Source of the DNA: Podarcis liolepis
Taxonomy: Eukaryota
Strand: one strand, 5' to 3'
DNA: 64,000 nt
NCBI GenBank assembly: GCA_965112155.1
Contig: OZ218104.1
Below the pieces are notes generated by a model. The model saw only the letters and a list, made by a program, of their open reading frames with translations. It made no database searches and had not been told where the DNA came from. Position 1 is the stretch's first letter, and the number at the start of each line of letters is the position of its first letter. Positions 25,201 through 37,100 of this stretch are shown here, one piece after another. The position numbers and the translations under genes were made by a program.

Positions 25201-28200
25201 CCTTAGCCTCCACTAATTGGTCTCGCCCACTTTTAGACAAACTCATGGAGGGTATAAACTCATGAAGAGGAGCAGGGAGGTGGCTGGCCCCTCCCCAGGA
25301 GCACAGACCTCAAATTGCCAAGCAAAGCAGCCGAGTATGTTCTCATTCAGTGAAGCTGTGAAGAGGCCATGAAAAGCAAATCCGGAAGTGGCAGCCTAGA
25401 GAGGGTGAAGCAGAATACTCTAGGTCCTGGCTCTGCAGGGCCTTATGCTCCTGAGGTTGCTGATCAGGATGGGTTGGCCTCTGCTCTACCTGCAGCAGCC
25501 CTGTCATCCTTCAGCAATCTCAAAGGGGTGCTAGCAGCATCCATTCAGCTGCCAAGGATTCAGGAATTATTGGGATTAGCCAGGATCTAGCACTCAGGTT
25601 AAATTAAACAGCAAGAGGGTGGCGGGAATGTCTCCGAATGCAGCCTCCAAAACACCCTTGGGCTGCCCATCTTTGAGAGCAATGCAAACTGGGAGCTCGT
25701 TCAGCAGCATTCTAGCCAAAGGAAAGATGATCTCTGTCACTTCTGCAAAGAAGCTCACCGGAGAGTCTGTAGGAGCTCCTCTCTTGCAGTGAGGGTTTTC
25801 ACAGCCCCAAAGAGCTTGGTCAGTTCTTCAGTATGGGGCACCGGAGGAGGCCTAGTTCCTGGGACTGGCGGTCCCTCCTGCTGTAAAGATCCGTGAACAT
25901 TAAGCCTAGCCAGCTGGTCCTCCAGGGAGCTTGCTGAGTCCCCCGCCGTCTTCTCATGCTGCTGACATCTTATGAAACCATCCACAGCTTCCTTGTAGCT
26001 GCCGCCGTGGTCAGTGGCACTATGGGGAATGGAGTGCAGCACAGAGCCTGGAAGGTCAAACACCTGTGAAAGGGCAGAGCACATGCAGTCAGCCACGGAA
26101 AGCAGTAGCAGGACCAGACATTTAAACATAGAAATCAGTGTTTCCCACACACACCCCTTTGATATTTATTTGCCTTGGTTTAGTGTTGGGAGTGTAAAAA
26201 CATCATAGCTTCTATGATAACATTTATTTTGAGATTTCTAAGCTATGGGGAAATCTGTCCTCTTCCGTTCTTCTAAAAGGTGGAGTGGGGGAACCAGACT
26301 CCTGCACAAAGGTAAGATCTGCATGCGTTGCTCTGCCCGCTTTTGCCTCTTCCCCACTCATCACTGACATGTGGTCCTTAGCCTGAAAATGTCATAAGGG
26401 GGTCTGTTCTTGCACCTTTCTTATGGGACTAATTGGCTTCCACAGTAATAAGGCTATTTCATTACTGATCAGCCAAACTGAATCTCTAAGGAGATTCCTA
26501 ACTCCACTCAAAATACACCAACGTACAGTGGTACCTCTAGATACGAACGGGATCCGTTCCAGAGCCCCGTTCGCATCTAGAGGTAAACGTAACTAGCGAC
26601 GGCACATCTGCGCACACGCGTGTCGCTTTTTGCCGCTTCTGTGCATGTGTGTGACGTCATTTTGAGCATCTGCGCATGCGTAAGCGGCGAAACCCGGAAG
26701 TAACGCGCTCCGTTACTTCCAGGTTGCCACAGAGCGCAACTCGAACACGCTCAACTCAAAGCGTATTAATCCGAGGTATGACTGTACTGATATGAGGAAG
26801 CGGCAACAAGGTCGAAGGTTGACACGGCACCCCGGGCCTCTCCTCATGTGCATCTTTCCTCACCTCTTCCAAGCACACCAGGTGATAAGGGAACCCTGTG
26901 GCTTGCAGGATCATCTCCACCTCGCTGCGGATCTCCTCCCGCTTCCCTGGGCTCTGTCCGCACACAGCTCCCTCTGCACGGCAAGAAAGAGGATCAGGGA
27001 GATCAGTTAAACAATCTGAGTGGGCTTCTGGGGGGACTCCCACCCTATTTTCTCCTTGCTTGGACAAGAGTGGGTCATGGTGTAAGTCACCTGAAACATT
27101 TGGAGAGCCACCTCACTCAAAACCTTTACCCAAATTAATTTTGATGCCGAAAGAGTCACTCTGAGTTTGGTAACGGTCTATGGTGAAAAATAGGCTTGAC
27201 AACAGAAATTGCACTAGGAACATAAGACAGCTGCATTTCAGTGTGTGAATCTCTCCTGGGCGCATCCAGGGGTGGAGAACCTCATGCCTTCCAGATGCCC
27301 TTGGACTACAACTCCCATCTGCCCCAGACAGCAGAACAAATGGTCAGGGATGTTGAGAGTTGCAGTCCAGCAGCATCTGCAAGGCCTCTATGCTGACTGG
27401 CAGTGACACTCCAGAGTCTCAGAAACAGGGCCTTTCCCAGCTCTACCTAGAGATACTGGGGACTGAATCTTTTGCATACAAAGCAGATACTGTGCCACTA
27501 AGCCACAGTTCATCCTCTTCTAAATGGCCACACCAATCCTGCCATGGAGATGTGGCCACCTTCACAGACACCCTAAGAGAGTATTTGTTTGCCTCGAAGG
27601 TAAGGAAAAGGGGAAAATGAGACTTTTTAGCAGTATTGTTTTCAAACCTTGGAGAAGAGTACAAGTGTTTTGATGCAAGCTTTGTTTCACCTTGAACAAA
27701 CTGCCTCTACTTAGACTCTTCAGTCTCCCAAACATAGAAGGGAATCCACCCAGCAAGCGTTGCTTACCATCAACATAGATGATTCCTGGCTTGAAGCGGA
27801 GTTTCTTGGCTGCTTCCCGGCTCAAGCCCTGGAATGAGAAAGATTTGGGTCAGTTTCAAGCTGTTTTTAATACTGATTTTTAAACTGATTTTTTAATACT
27901 GATTTTTAGAGCAGTACATGTGAAAAGGATCTAGGAGTCTTGGTTGACCACAAACTTGACATGAGCCAACAGTGTGACGCGGCAGCTAAAAAAGCCAATG
28001 CAATTCTGGGCTGCATCAACAGGAGTATAGCATCTAGATCAAAGGAAGTAATAGTGCCACTGTATTCTGCTCTGGTCAGACCTCACCTGGAGTACTGTGT
28101 CCAGTTCTGGGCACCACAATTCAAGAAGGACACTGACAAACTGGAACGTGTCCAGAGGAGGGCAACCAAAATGGTCAAAGGCCTGGAAACGATGCCTTAT

Positions 28201-30482
28201 GAGGAACGGCTAAGGGAGCTGGGCATGTTTAGCCTGGAGAAGAGGAGGTTAAGGGGTGATATGATAGCCATGTTCAAATATATAAAAGGATGTCACATAG
28301 AGGAGGGAGAAAGGTTGTTTTCTGCTGCTCCAGAGAAGTGGACACGGAGCAATGGATCCAAACTACAAGAAAGAAGATTCCACCTAAACATTAGGAAGAA
28401 CTTCCTGGCAGTAAGAGCTGTTCGACAGTGGAATTTGCTGCCAAGGAGTGTGGTGGAGTCTCCTACTTTGGAGGTCTTTAAGCAGAGGCTTGACAACCAT
28501 ATGTCAGGAGTGCTCTGATGGTGTTTCCTGCTTGGCAGGGGGTTGGACTTGATGGCCCTTGTGGTCTCTTCCAACTCTATGATTCTATGATTCTATGACT
28601 GCTATAATCCACCCTGCAACCTTGTGGTGAAGGGTACATAATAAATGGTATTAATTTAAGAACCACTCTACTAAACCCCCAAATTCTCTGTATTTACCCG
28701 GCTAGGAAGTCATGGGAAAATACCTCTTGCACTTGCCGCACCATTGAACTGGAGGCAGGGCCGCCCGAAAATGCAAGCAGAACCTACAGTAAATAAAAAT
28801 AAATAAAAAGCATTAGAAAGTATTAGAAAACATGTCTGTCACTTCTAGTTGTTAGCTCCCTTGCCTGCCCACCCCAAAATAACTGGGCAGGACCTTCTCT
28901 CCAGGGTAAATGCAGCGATTCTTGCCAAGCATAGCCCGGAACTTGTGAACAAAATAATCCTTGAAACAGCTCCTACAATACAGCAACAAATGCATGTTAT
29001 TAAAGCAATAAGATGCAACAGAAACACAATTTTAGTCAAATATCTTGGCCTTATTTTGTTTTAGCCATAATGCTATGCTTAGGAGCAGGAATAGAAGAAG
29101 CTGCCTTATATCATCAGACTATTTTCCATCCACCTGATAGGCTTTCCAGGGTCTCCAGTGGGGTTCCGCATCCCATCACCTGCCACGACCCTTTTTAACA
29201 GGCAATGCCAGGGACTGTATCTGTGAACTTCTGCATGCAACACATGTGCTCTGCAAAGTGTAAGCTATGATCCGCCCCACACTTAACTACAATTGGTTGA
29301 AACATCTGGGTTAGGGTAGTAGTGAGAGACCGGCAGTGAGCATGGGTGTTTAGCTCTTGAGAAAAAACAACTCAAATTGTTTTTAAAAAGAGTTCTAAAA
29401 GAGATTAAAGAGGTCTAGAAATATGCCATGACTGAAATTCTGCTGTGTGAGTCAACACCAGAGGTTGTCACTTGTAACAAAGATCAGCCAGATCCCTCAA
29501 AAAAGGGTTTGCAGCTTTGTTGTAGACCACAGCAGCCTTTCAGAAAATGACAAGCATGTCTGCTGCCAACCCGGTAAGAAGGTACAGCTGCCCGTCATAC
29601 TTACTTGCAAAAGGCATCCCCAACACGGATGATCAACACCGGGGAACCTTCTTTGCATTTCATGCATTTTGAGGGGCAGCTTAGAAGAGACAAAAGGAAG
29701 ATCAGATTCCAAAGTACAATTTGTATTCTTTGCCATTGGAATTAAAAACATTAGTGTATAACCATTACTGTTGTGTAGCATTTCTTATCGGTGTAAGCCA
29801 CTGTGGGTGTGCTACAAGCAGGAGAATGGCATATGATTATATTAACCAAACGGCCTAAAAGATTGTGGCTGCAATCCTACCTCTGCTTACCTGGGAATAT
29901 CACCCACTGCATTCAATAGAATTTACTTCTGAGTAGACATGGCTAAGGCTGCACCGCAACATTTTTATTACAGCAGAAGCTTTCACCGGACTACAAGCCC
30001 TTTCATTGGATGCATTAAGCGCTGCCTTAAATTGGCAGGTGTAATAACTGAGAATACAACCCTTTCACACGTCTAATGAAGCAGACCTCGGTCCACAAAG
30101 CTTCTGTTGCAAGACATTTCTTATTATTTAAAGTGCCAAAAAACCAGTCTGCTACAGACAGTCTTTTAATGTGCGAAGATAGCACCACCACCACAACAAC
30201 TGTTATGTTGATTTGCACAACGTGGATCTTTTCACATCATTTCAGCCTGCCTTCTTAACTTCTGTTGTGGCCTCTGCGGCTATTGCAAAAACAACACCTA
30301 GTGGGAAGTCGCGGCTCTGACGGGACAAGCCGGGAAGGCCTCTTCCCAACCCCAGCTCCCTACCCCGTTCCCCTACACTCACTCCCTGCCCAACCCACCC
30401 CTACCCCGTTCCCCTACCTGCCCCGGGGTGGCCTCTTAGGCTGCGTCTCGTTTCCGCAGCCTCCCTCCTCGGCTTCACACAT
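19205..30482 (-). CDS. CTU2: Cytoplasmic tRNA 2-thiolation protein 2 (15 exons, 518 aa)
   Basis: Exons in transcription order: 30418-30482 ([11 protein letters not shown]), 29605-29679 ([21 protein letters not shown]), 28894-28972 ([11 protein letters not shown]), 28724-28783 ([14 protein letters not shown]), 27768-27828, 26864-26973, 25759-26063, 24902-25037 ([13 protein letters not shown]), 23970-24101 ([18 protein letters not shown]), 23752-23843, 22462-22565, 21323-21458, 20640-20700 (LCYSCR), 20124-20182, 19205-19286 (TGA). All GT-AG, 1557 nt in frame. Confidence 0.96.
22031..22154. mobile_element. hAT (Charlie-like) MITE
   Basis: TIRs cagcctttc...gaaaaggctg, TSD ctctagac/ctctagat, internal tacaactcc/ggagttgtag palindrome. 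Confidence 0.8.
24222..24410 (-). mobile_element. tRNA-Ala-like-headed SINE (other copies near 10140, 27400, 37545, 44010, 47560, 48762, 52890)
   Basis: On -: gtagctcagtgtcagagtacctgctttgcatgcagaaggtcccaggttcaacccttggcatc head, then ctgccaagtcagtgcagac...ggtctgactcaggataaggcagcttcc tail, recurring across the window. Confidence 0.75.
26526..26784. mobile_element. Tc1/mariner (Tigger-like) MITE in CTU2 intron 6
   Basis: TIRs cagtggtacctc...gaggtatgactg, TA flanks, CpGs retained. Confidence 0.85.
27910..28598 (+). mobile_element. 5'-truncated CR1 LINE (ORF2 C-terminus plus 3' UTR), antisense in CTU2 intron 4
   Basis: Open 192-codon frame with CR1 motifs [19 protein letters not shown] and [14 protein letters not shown], ending in an (attctatg)n tail. 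Confidence 0.95.
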
Positions 30483-31113
30483 CGCGGCCAGACCTCTCAG
30501 CCTCCGTCGCGCGAGGCGCCCTAGGCAGCCTCTTCCCGGCTCAGAACCCGAGCAGGACCGGCCACCCGGCGCACTCTTCTGACGTCACACGCCCTGGTTT
30601 GTACCATCTGCTCTATAGATCTGTCTGCACATTCACAAAGAGGAAACCTTCCGGGTGCAGTTTGGGTGTTAGGTGTTCGTGCGTGTTAAAAGCCAACCAA
30701 ATTCCCACTGGTGGGAGGGCCGGTTCATACGGCAAATGAGGTACTGCGCACTAACTGGGTGGTTGTTGAAATAAAAAGGGGGTAGGAAGAAAGATGTACA
30801 TCGTCTAGAGCTCCTTAAAGGGGAAAATGGGATATAAAAGTAATTACTTAATTAATATGTGGCTTCAAAGTCAAAACTGCATGCAAAGCGAACCCGGAAG
30901 CTAGGATCCGAGTGCGACTCTATACACAGTCTACATTCCACACTCCCTTAAGCGCCGCGACGGCCGCGCGCCGCGTGGGTCGAGAGGCTCTCTCTCGCGA
31001 GGAGCGCTACGAAACGGTGGTTTGCCTCTGACATCATCAGAGCGCGCCGCCCTACCACCTTGCTTCCGCTTCCGCCTCCCTGGGCCGGGGTTGCCTCCGC
31101 CTCCTCGTCCTCC
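30483..31113. promoter_or_regulatory. CpG-rich bidirectional promoter of CTU2 and RNF166
   Basis: ATGs are 631 bp apart head to head. Full CRE TGACGTCA at 30580-30587, ETS/GABP-type CCGGAAG/CTTCCG near 30648, 30894 and 31063, TCTCGCGAG at 30993-31001; high CpG density at both ends. Confidence 0.8.
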
Positions 31114-34100
31114 ATGGCTGCCGCGATGTTCCGGAGCCTGCTGGTGTCCGCGGGCGGGTCCCGCGAAGCGACTCCTTCTTCTGCCGCCGCCCCCTCGCCC
31201 GCCCCACCGCCGCCGCACCCGCCTGAGGCCGGCGCCGCGCTGGAGGCCCAGTTCAGCTGCCCCATTTGCCTGGAGGTCTATCAGCGCCCCGTGCGCATCG
31301 CCCCCTGCAGGCACACGTGAGAGCCCAGGGGCCCTGGGGGGTGGGGGGGCACGCGCAGTCATGTCCGAGGGCGGACCGCTTGTAAACATGATGCCCGTCT
31401 TTCAGCAAGTGCAACGGGGGTAGTGGGTGGCGTTAGAGGAGGAGATGGTGAGTCTGGTGGGGGAGCATTGGAGGTGTCTGCCTGATTTGGGGGAAAGCAG
31501 GAGAAGATTTGAGGGGGCGACCGAGGGAGGAACTACAGGCCTGAGGATGCTAAGGCATAGAGTGGAGTAGGGTAAGTGGGGTCTAGGTTGGGAGAAAGTA
31601 TGTTAGGGGGATGAGGAGGTGAATTTGTGGTGCAAAACTGACATGGCAGTGTTGACCAAGAATGAGACCTTGGGGCTGAAGCAGATACCTTGTAACAGAT
31701 GTGGACCCTGTTGTGGGGAAGGTGAATTTCATACTAGGGATCGCTAGGAAGAAGATCATAAACCAAACTGCTAGTATCATAGTGCAAATTTGTGGCTGTT
31801 CTAGAAAGCAAGGGGGGTGCACTTGTGGAGATGCTCTCTTAAAAAGAGAGCAGGGCACCTGAATCAATGGTTCCCATGAATACTGGGAGAACTGGACCCA
31901 CATCACCCTTTTCCTACAGTATTGTTACTAGCTCTGTGTGAAGGGAAAGATAATGCTTATTACAGAAAGTTCAGTAGAGGATAACTATGGAATAGCCTTA
32001 TGAAATTTCACTGAGTTGTCTATATCTGTGAGTGTGAAAGTGGGGTAATATACCGTATTTTTCGCTCTATAAGACGCACCAGACCATAAGACGCACCTAG
32101 TTTTTGGAGGAGGAAAACAAGAAGAAAAATATTCTGAATCTCAGAAGCCAGAACAGCAAGAGGGATCGCTATGCAGTGAAAGCAGCGATCCCTCTTGCTG
32201 TTCTGGCTTCTGGGATAGCTGCGCAGCCTGCATTCTCTCCATAAGACGCACAAACATTTCCCCTTACTTTTTAGGAGGGAAAAAGTGAGTCTTATAGAGC
32301 AAAAAATACGGTAATCCTTTGAATAACATGAGGCTGCAGGAGTCTATTGTGAGTCCTAACTCTGCTCCTGTGAACACAGATCTTCAGGAGCTTTTTGATA
32401 CCAAAGCCTTTACCAGACATTGCCATGTGCATGGCAACCTCAAACTTTGAACACCCAAACCCTTGTTACATTGTGTAATGATATAGTGAAATTTAGCACT
32501 CCTGAAACTTGTCTGCTGAAACTGTTGAATATTTTCAGACCAGTTCTTGCAATGATTTTTTTCAGAGTTGCAATGCTTGCAGTCTAAATCTTCTAAAAAG
32601 GTTTCATGGGGAGGCAAAAACCTGCTCTGGAGCACCATCTCCCGAGGAGACAGATTCTGGAAGAGAGCTGTATCTTCAGTAGTAGTAAGAAGTCAAAAAG
32701 ATGCTGTGGCATTATGGAAACTAACAGATGAGGTGGCTGAGAAGCATAGCTCCACTATGCATAGTCTAGGGCATGATGCTTCTGGAGCCAGCTTGTCACT
32801 GGAAGTCCAGGTAGCCTCAGTGGCTAGAAGTGCCTTTTACTAGCTGTGATTGTTATGACAGCTGCACTTGCTCCTGGATGAAAGCTTGGCCATGGTAGTT
32901 CATGTGTTAGTTACTTCAAGACTGGATTACTGTAATTTGCTCTGTGTGTGGCTTCCCTTGCACTTGATCTGGAAGCTGCAGCTAGCACAGAATGATGCAG
33001 CACAATTACAATTACAGGAGTGAGATTCTATCAACCTGTTACACCTCAGCTCATTAGTTCAAGGTCTTTCTTATTAGCATATAAAGCCCTTAACAACTTG
33101 AGACCAGTTTACTTATGAGATCACATTTCCCCGTATATGCCCACTTGACTGCTTCCATCTGCAGTACTGACTCTATTACAATTGCAACATGACACTCTGT
33201 TTTTAAAAGATCTATATTTTAGCGTGGCAGCAACTTTGGGAGCCCCTGCCTGTTGACATCATGCAAATGCCTTCACTGTACCCTTTTTGGCGTCCACATG
33301 TGTTTTTAGCTTATCATTTATTTTAAATAACTTTTAAATGTTTTAAATAGTTGTTTTTAACAGGTTTTTTCCTGATAATTCTACTATTTCATTCTTTTTG
33401 TAAGCCAGTTCAAGGTCTTATTATAATCAAGCAATATATAAATCTATTAAAATTTATTTGCTAGATATTCTTCAGCTGTATCTCTCTTAGAGGATGCTAC
33501 CACTAGAAAGGCATTGTCCCTCATCACCACCAATTACACTTTGGTTGGCAGGGGACACTGATTATCTTAATAACCAGACATGCTCATAGGAGCAGGTGGT
33601 TCTTTGTTCCCAAGTTATTGAGGGTTTTATGGTTGTAAAGAAAGCATTTTGAATGGTTCTCAGAAATAGATAGGTAGCCAGTTCTGTTAACAGTCCCCAA
33701 TCCTTTCCCTCCTCAATTCTAATCTTTGCTCACTAATATGTACTGGAAGCACTTCAGGTAGTGACTGTGCTGTTCCTGTATTATATAAAATCACCTTGCC
33801 CTCCTGTGGCACCACACAAAGTTCACTTGTGGTAATAGGGTTAACCACCCTTTTCTCCTGCACTCAGTGGTGGGAAAGGCCTCTGCCTTTTCGTTTGGTA
33901 TTCCCTATTGTGAAGACTTCTGGAACAGAGATGCTGATGGGTAAGTGCAGAGCTGAAGCAGAGGTTTTCCCTCTAAAAGTTAGTCAAGGTAACCAAGAGG
34001 AAAGGAGTGGCTTTGAGGAAACTCACTTGGCATATGTCTAGCGGAGCGAGAGTGAGGGCAGAAGCAGAAAACTTACTTGCAGCTAGCTGCTAGCATAAAG

Positions 34101-37100
34101 CTGATGAAATTTGCTGAAAGACCAGAGCATTTGCAAGTGGGCTGGCAGGTTGTCCTTTCTGCCTCTTGGATTCCCTTGCATAGCCTCAAGCTCCCTTTTC
34201 CAGTACAGTGGTTATTTTGCAGTTTCTTCCACCAACTGTATGAGAGGTTCTGATCCTGCAGGCATAAAAGAACTTTAAAGTTGCCATGATCCCTGATCTC
34301 TGGCCTGTTTCTAAAAGCCATTCTCTGGCCCGAGGCTCTTTGAGTTACTGCTCAGATTCCTGTAGCCTCTTATTCCAAGTTCAGAGGCAGACATTTCCTG
34401 ATGGATGCACAAGAGTGCTCTTCATGCACAAGAGTGCTCTTTGACTTCATAGCACGTAGCGCTCAATAGTTATAAAGGGCAAGAGACAATGAGCAGCTCA
34501 TCAAAATTAGATGCATAAATGACTGCAATAGATTTTTGTACCTCTGAGCAAGTGGTGTGTGGCATTCCAGAGTATGTACTGGTGCTCTGTAGTATTCAGC
34601 ATACACTAGAATGTTTTGCTTGTGATACAGAAAGCTTCTTGCGTGCTTTAAGACTAGGCCATCTTCTACCCTATGCCCCATAGGTGCTGGAAATAGTCTG
34701 AGAACACCCTGCTAATAATTCTGTGTGGGGGCACTTCATAATCTAGGACATACAGAAAGCTAAACTCTCATTGGCAACTTCATGTTTTCCGGAATGTTTT
34801 TATGTTTTTTGGCTGGAGAACTGTCAGCATCTTATCCTGTGAGAGGAATCTGGCCAGCCTTTATTGTTGAATTTGCTGGTGATAAGAGTTTGTATGCCTG
34901 TAGTACTCTTAGTGCTCTCAAGGCTTGCTGAGCAAAATCAAGTCTCTGTTTCTTTTCCAGATTCTGTGGGGAATGCCTGCAGCCATGCCTCCAAGTACCG
35001 TCTCCTCTCTGCCCACTCTGCCGCATGCCCTTTGACCCCAAAAAGGTGGAGAAGGCCTCCAGTGTAGAGAAGCAGCTCTCCTCCTTCAAGGCTCCCTGCC
35101 GGGGCTGTAGCAAAAAGGTAATTTCATGAGCCACGTGGGCAAGGGCAGATGCCACATTTAGAACCACAAGGAACTGGCTGGTTAATTCCTCCCGCCCCCT
35201 TCCCAGGTCACTTGAAAATTGCTGAGAGTCTTTCTGCCTGTTGTAGCAATTGTAATGCACTGTGCTAGATGCTGCATGATTTTTAATTGTTTTTATTGCT
35301 TCTTTTATTATTTACATTGTATTATAGTTTGAATTCCATTGTATTCAAATTATAAGAAAGAAAGCAATAAAAATACAGTTAAAAATCAACATGAAACTTT
35401 AGTAAGGACAAGTCATGGACTGGCTGAATGAAGTTTACAAGTCTCAGTTGGAGGGCATGTGGCTTGAGGTTTGGCGGCTGGAAGAACAGTTTGAGGTTCA
35501 GTTCAAAGTTCCTTTGCAACCTTAAAGCGGCCACCTTGCCCCTTTTCAAGTAGCATAGAAGACAGTTTGAGTACAGAGTGATACAGTTTGCTTAATTAAT
35601 TAGTGTGTGACAATTACCCGGAAACCAAGCTTTTATGTTAAGAGGATACAGCACATTCTTAGGAAGAAAAATAGAGTCCTTTTGTCTCCATTCTTCATTT
35701 TACAGGTGACCCTCGCAAAGATGAGATCCCATGTCACATCCTGTACTAAGGTTCAGGAGCAGATGGCCAACTGTCCAAAGTTTGTTCCTGTTGTCCCGAC
35801 ATCCCAACCCATTCCCAGGTATCTAATCTTCACCCGTTGGACAAGGTGCTGCATTCTGTTGGAGTGTTGGGCTGATGAGGCTTGCATGGAGAGAAAGTGG
35901 ATAGATGGAGGAACCTTCTTAGACTGCCTTTCTGACCTAACCTGTGCTGACCTCTTAAAGTGCTAGACTGACATTCTTAGGGTTGTTGACCTCATTTCCT
36001 CACTCACCTCCTCTTCCTTGATATCTGCCACTTCTTGAGAAGAGAGGAGGAGAGACCTTTTGTCACTTTCTCCTGCAGATATCAAAGAGCAAGCAGGGCT
36101 CCTTTGCATCTCCAGCTTAATTAGGTGGAACTAGGAACTCTTTACCATCCAGTTTGTAATTCCTGTAAGAAACACAGCTTTCTTATTTGCGCACCTAATA
36201 TCTCGGTGTGATTGCTTTGCCACTAAAAAAAATCATCAGCAAGTATACCATATACAGCCAGCTTTTGTGCTGTGTGCTAACTCTGCAAGGTTAACCAATA
36301 GTTTTGAAGCTGTCACGAGTGAGCCATGCTGTCCGTGGGGGTTTTCTTTTGAAAGGGAGCATTGGCAAGCACCCCACAGGTGCTGTTCTCCTGGGTGACC
36401 CTTCCAAATTTCTGCTGTCTTTTCCAGCAATATCCCAAACCGGTCCACATTTGTGTGTCCCTATTGTGGAGCGCGGAACCTGGACCAGCAAGAGCTGGTG
36501 AAACACTGCATGGAAAACCACCGCAACGACCCCAACAAAGTGGTGAGTGGCCATGGATCTAAATGGAAAAGAGGCTGGGAATTGTGCCCTCCCATATACA
36601 GGTTTGGGTTTGGGGGGGGGGAGAAGCAGGATGAAAGGCCAGTGTAGTGGTTTGCCCATCCTGCCTATAGCACAACTTGAGTTACCCGCTGCTTTAGGTT
36701 GTGAACTGCAGGCTGTTAAATGCTGCTCTTCAGCTCCTCTGCTGTTGTAGAGCTAGAGGGGCATAACTGTCCAGTGAACTGTGAGGTTTGTGCGCATCTG
36801 ATTTGTTTCCCAGTGCGGAGTTGGTAGGTGCATGTGCATCCGCTCCCAGGCATGGAGTGCTGTGCCGGTTTCTGGCTCATTTAATCTCTATTCAGCTTCT
36901 CAAATGGACAGAGGCAGTGCGGTGATGCCTTTTCTGCAGCCAGATAAAAGAGAGGAGATAAGTGCCCTGGAGAGGGTCATGTTGAGAGTTTAGGGTAGCA
37001 GTTCTGTTTTGAGGTCCACCTTCCATCAGTCCAAAACTTAAATTTGGAGATCTGGTCAATTTGGTACCAATAGGTGTTTCCAAAGCAACCCAGGATGGGG

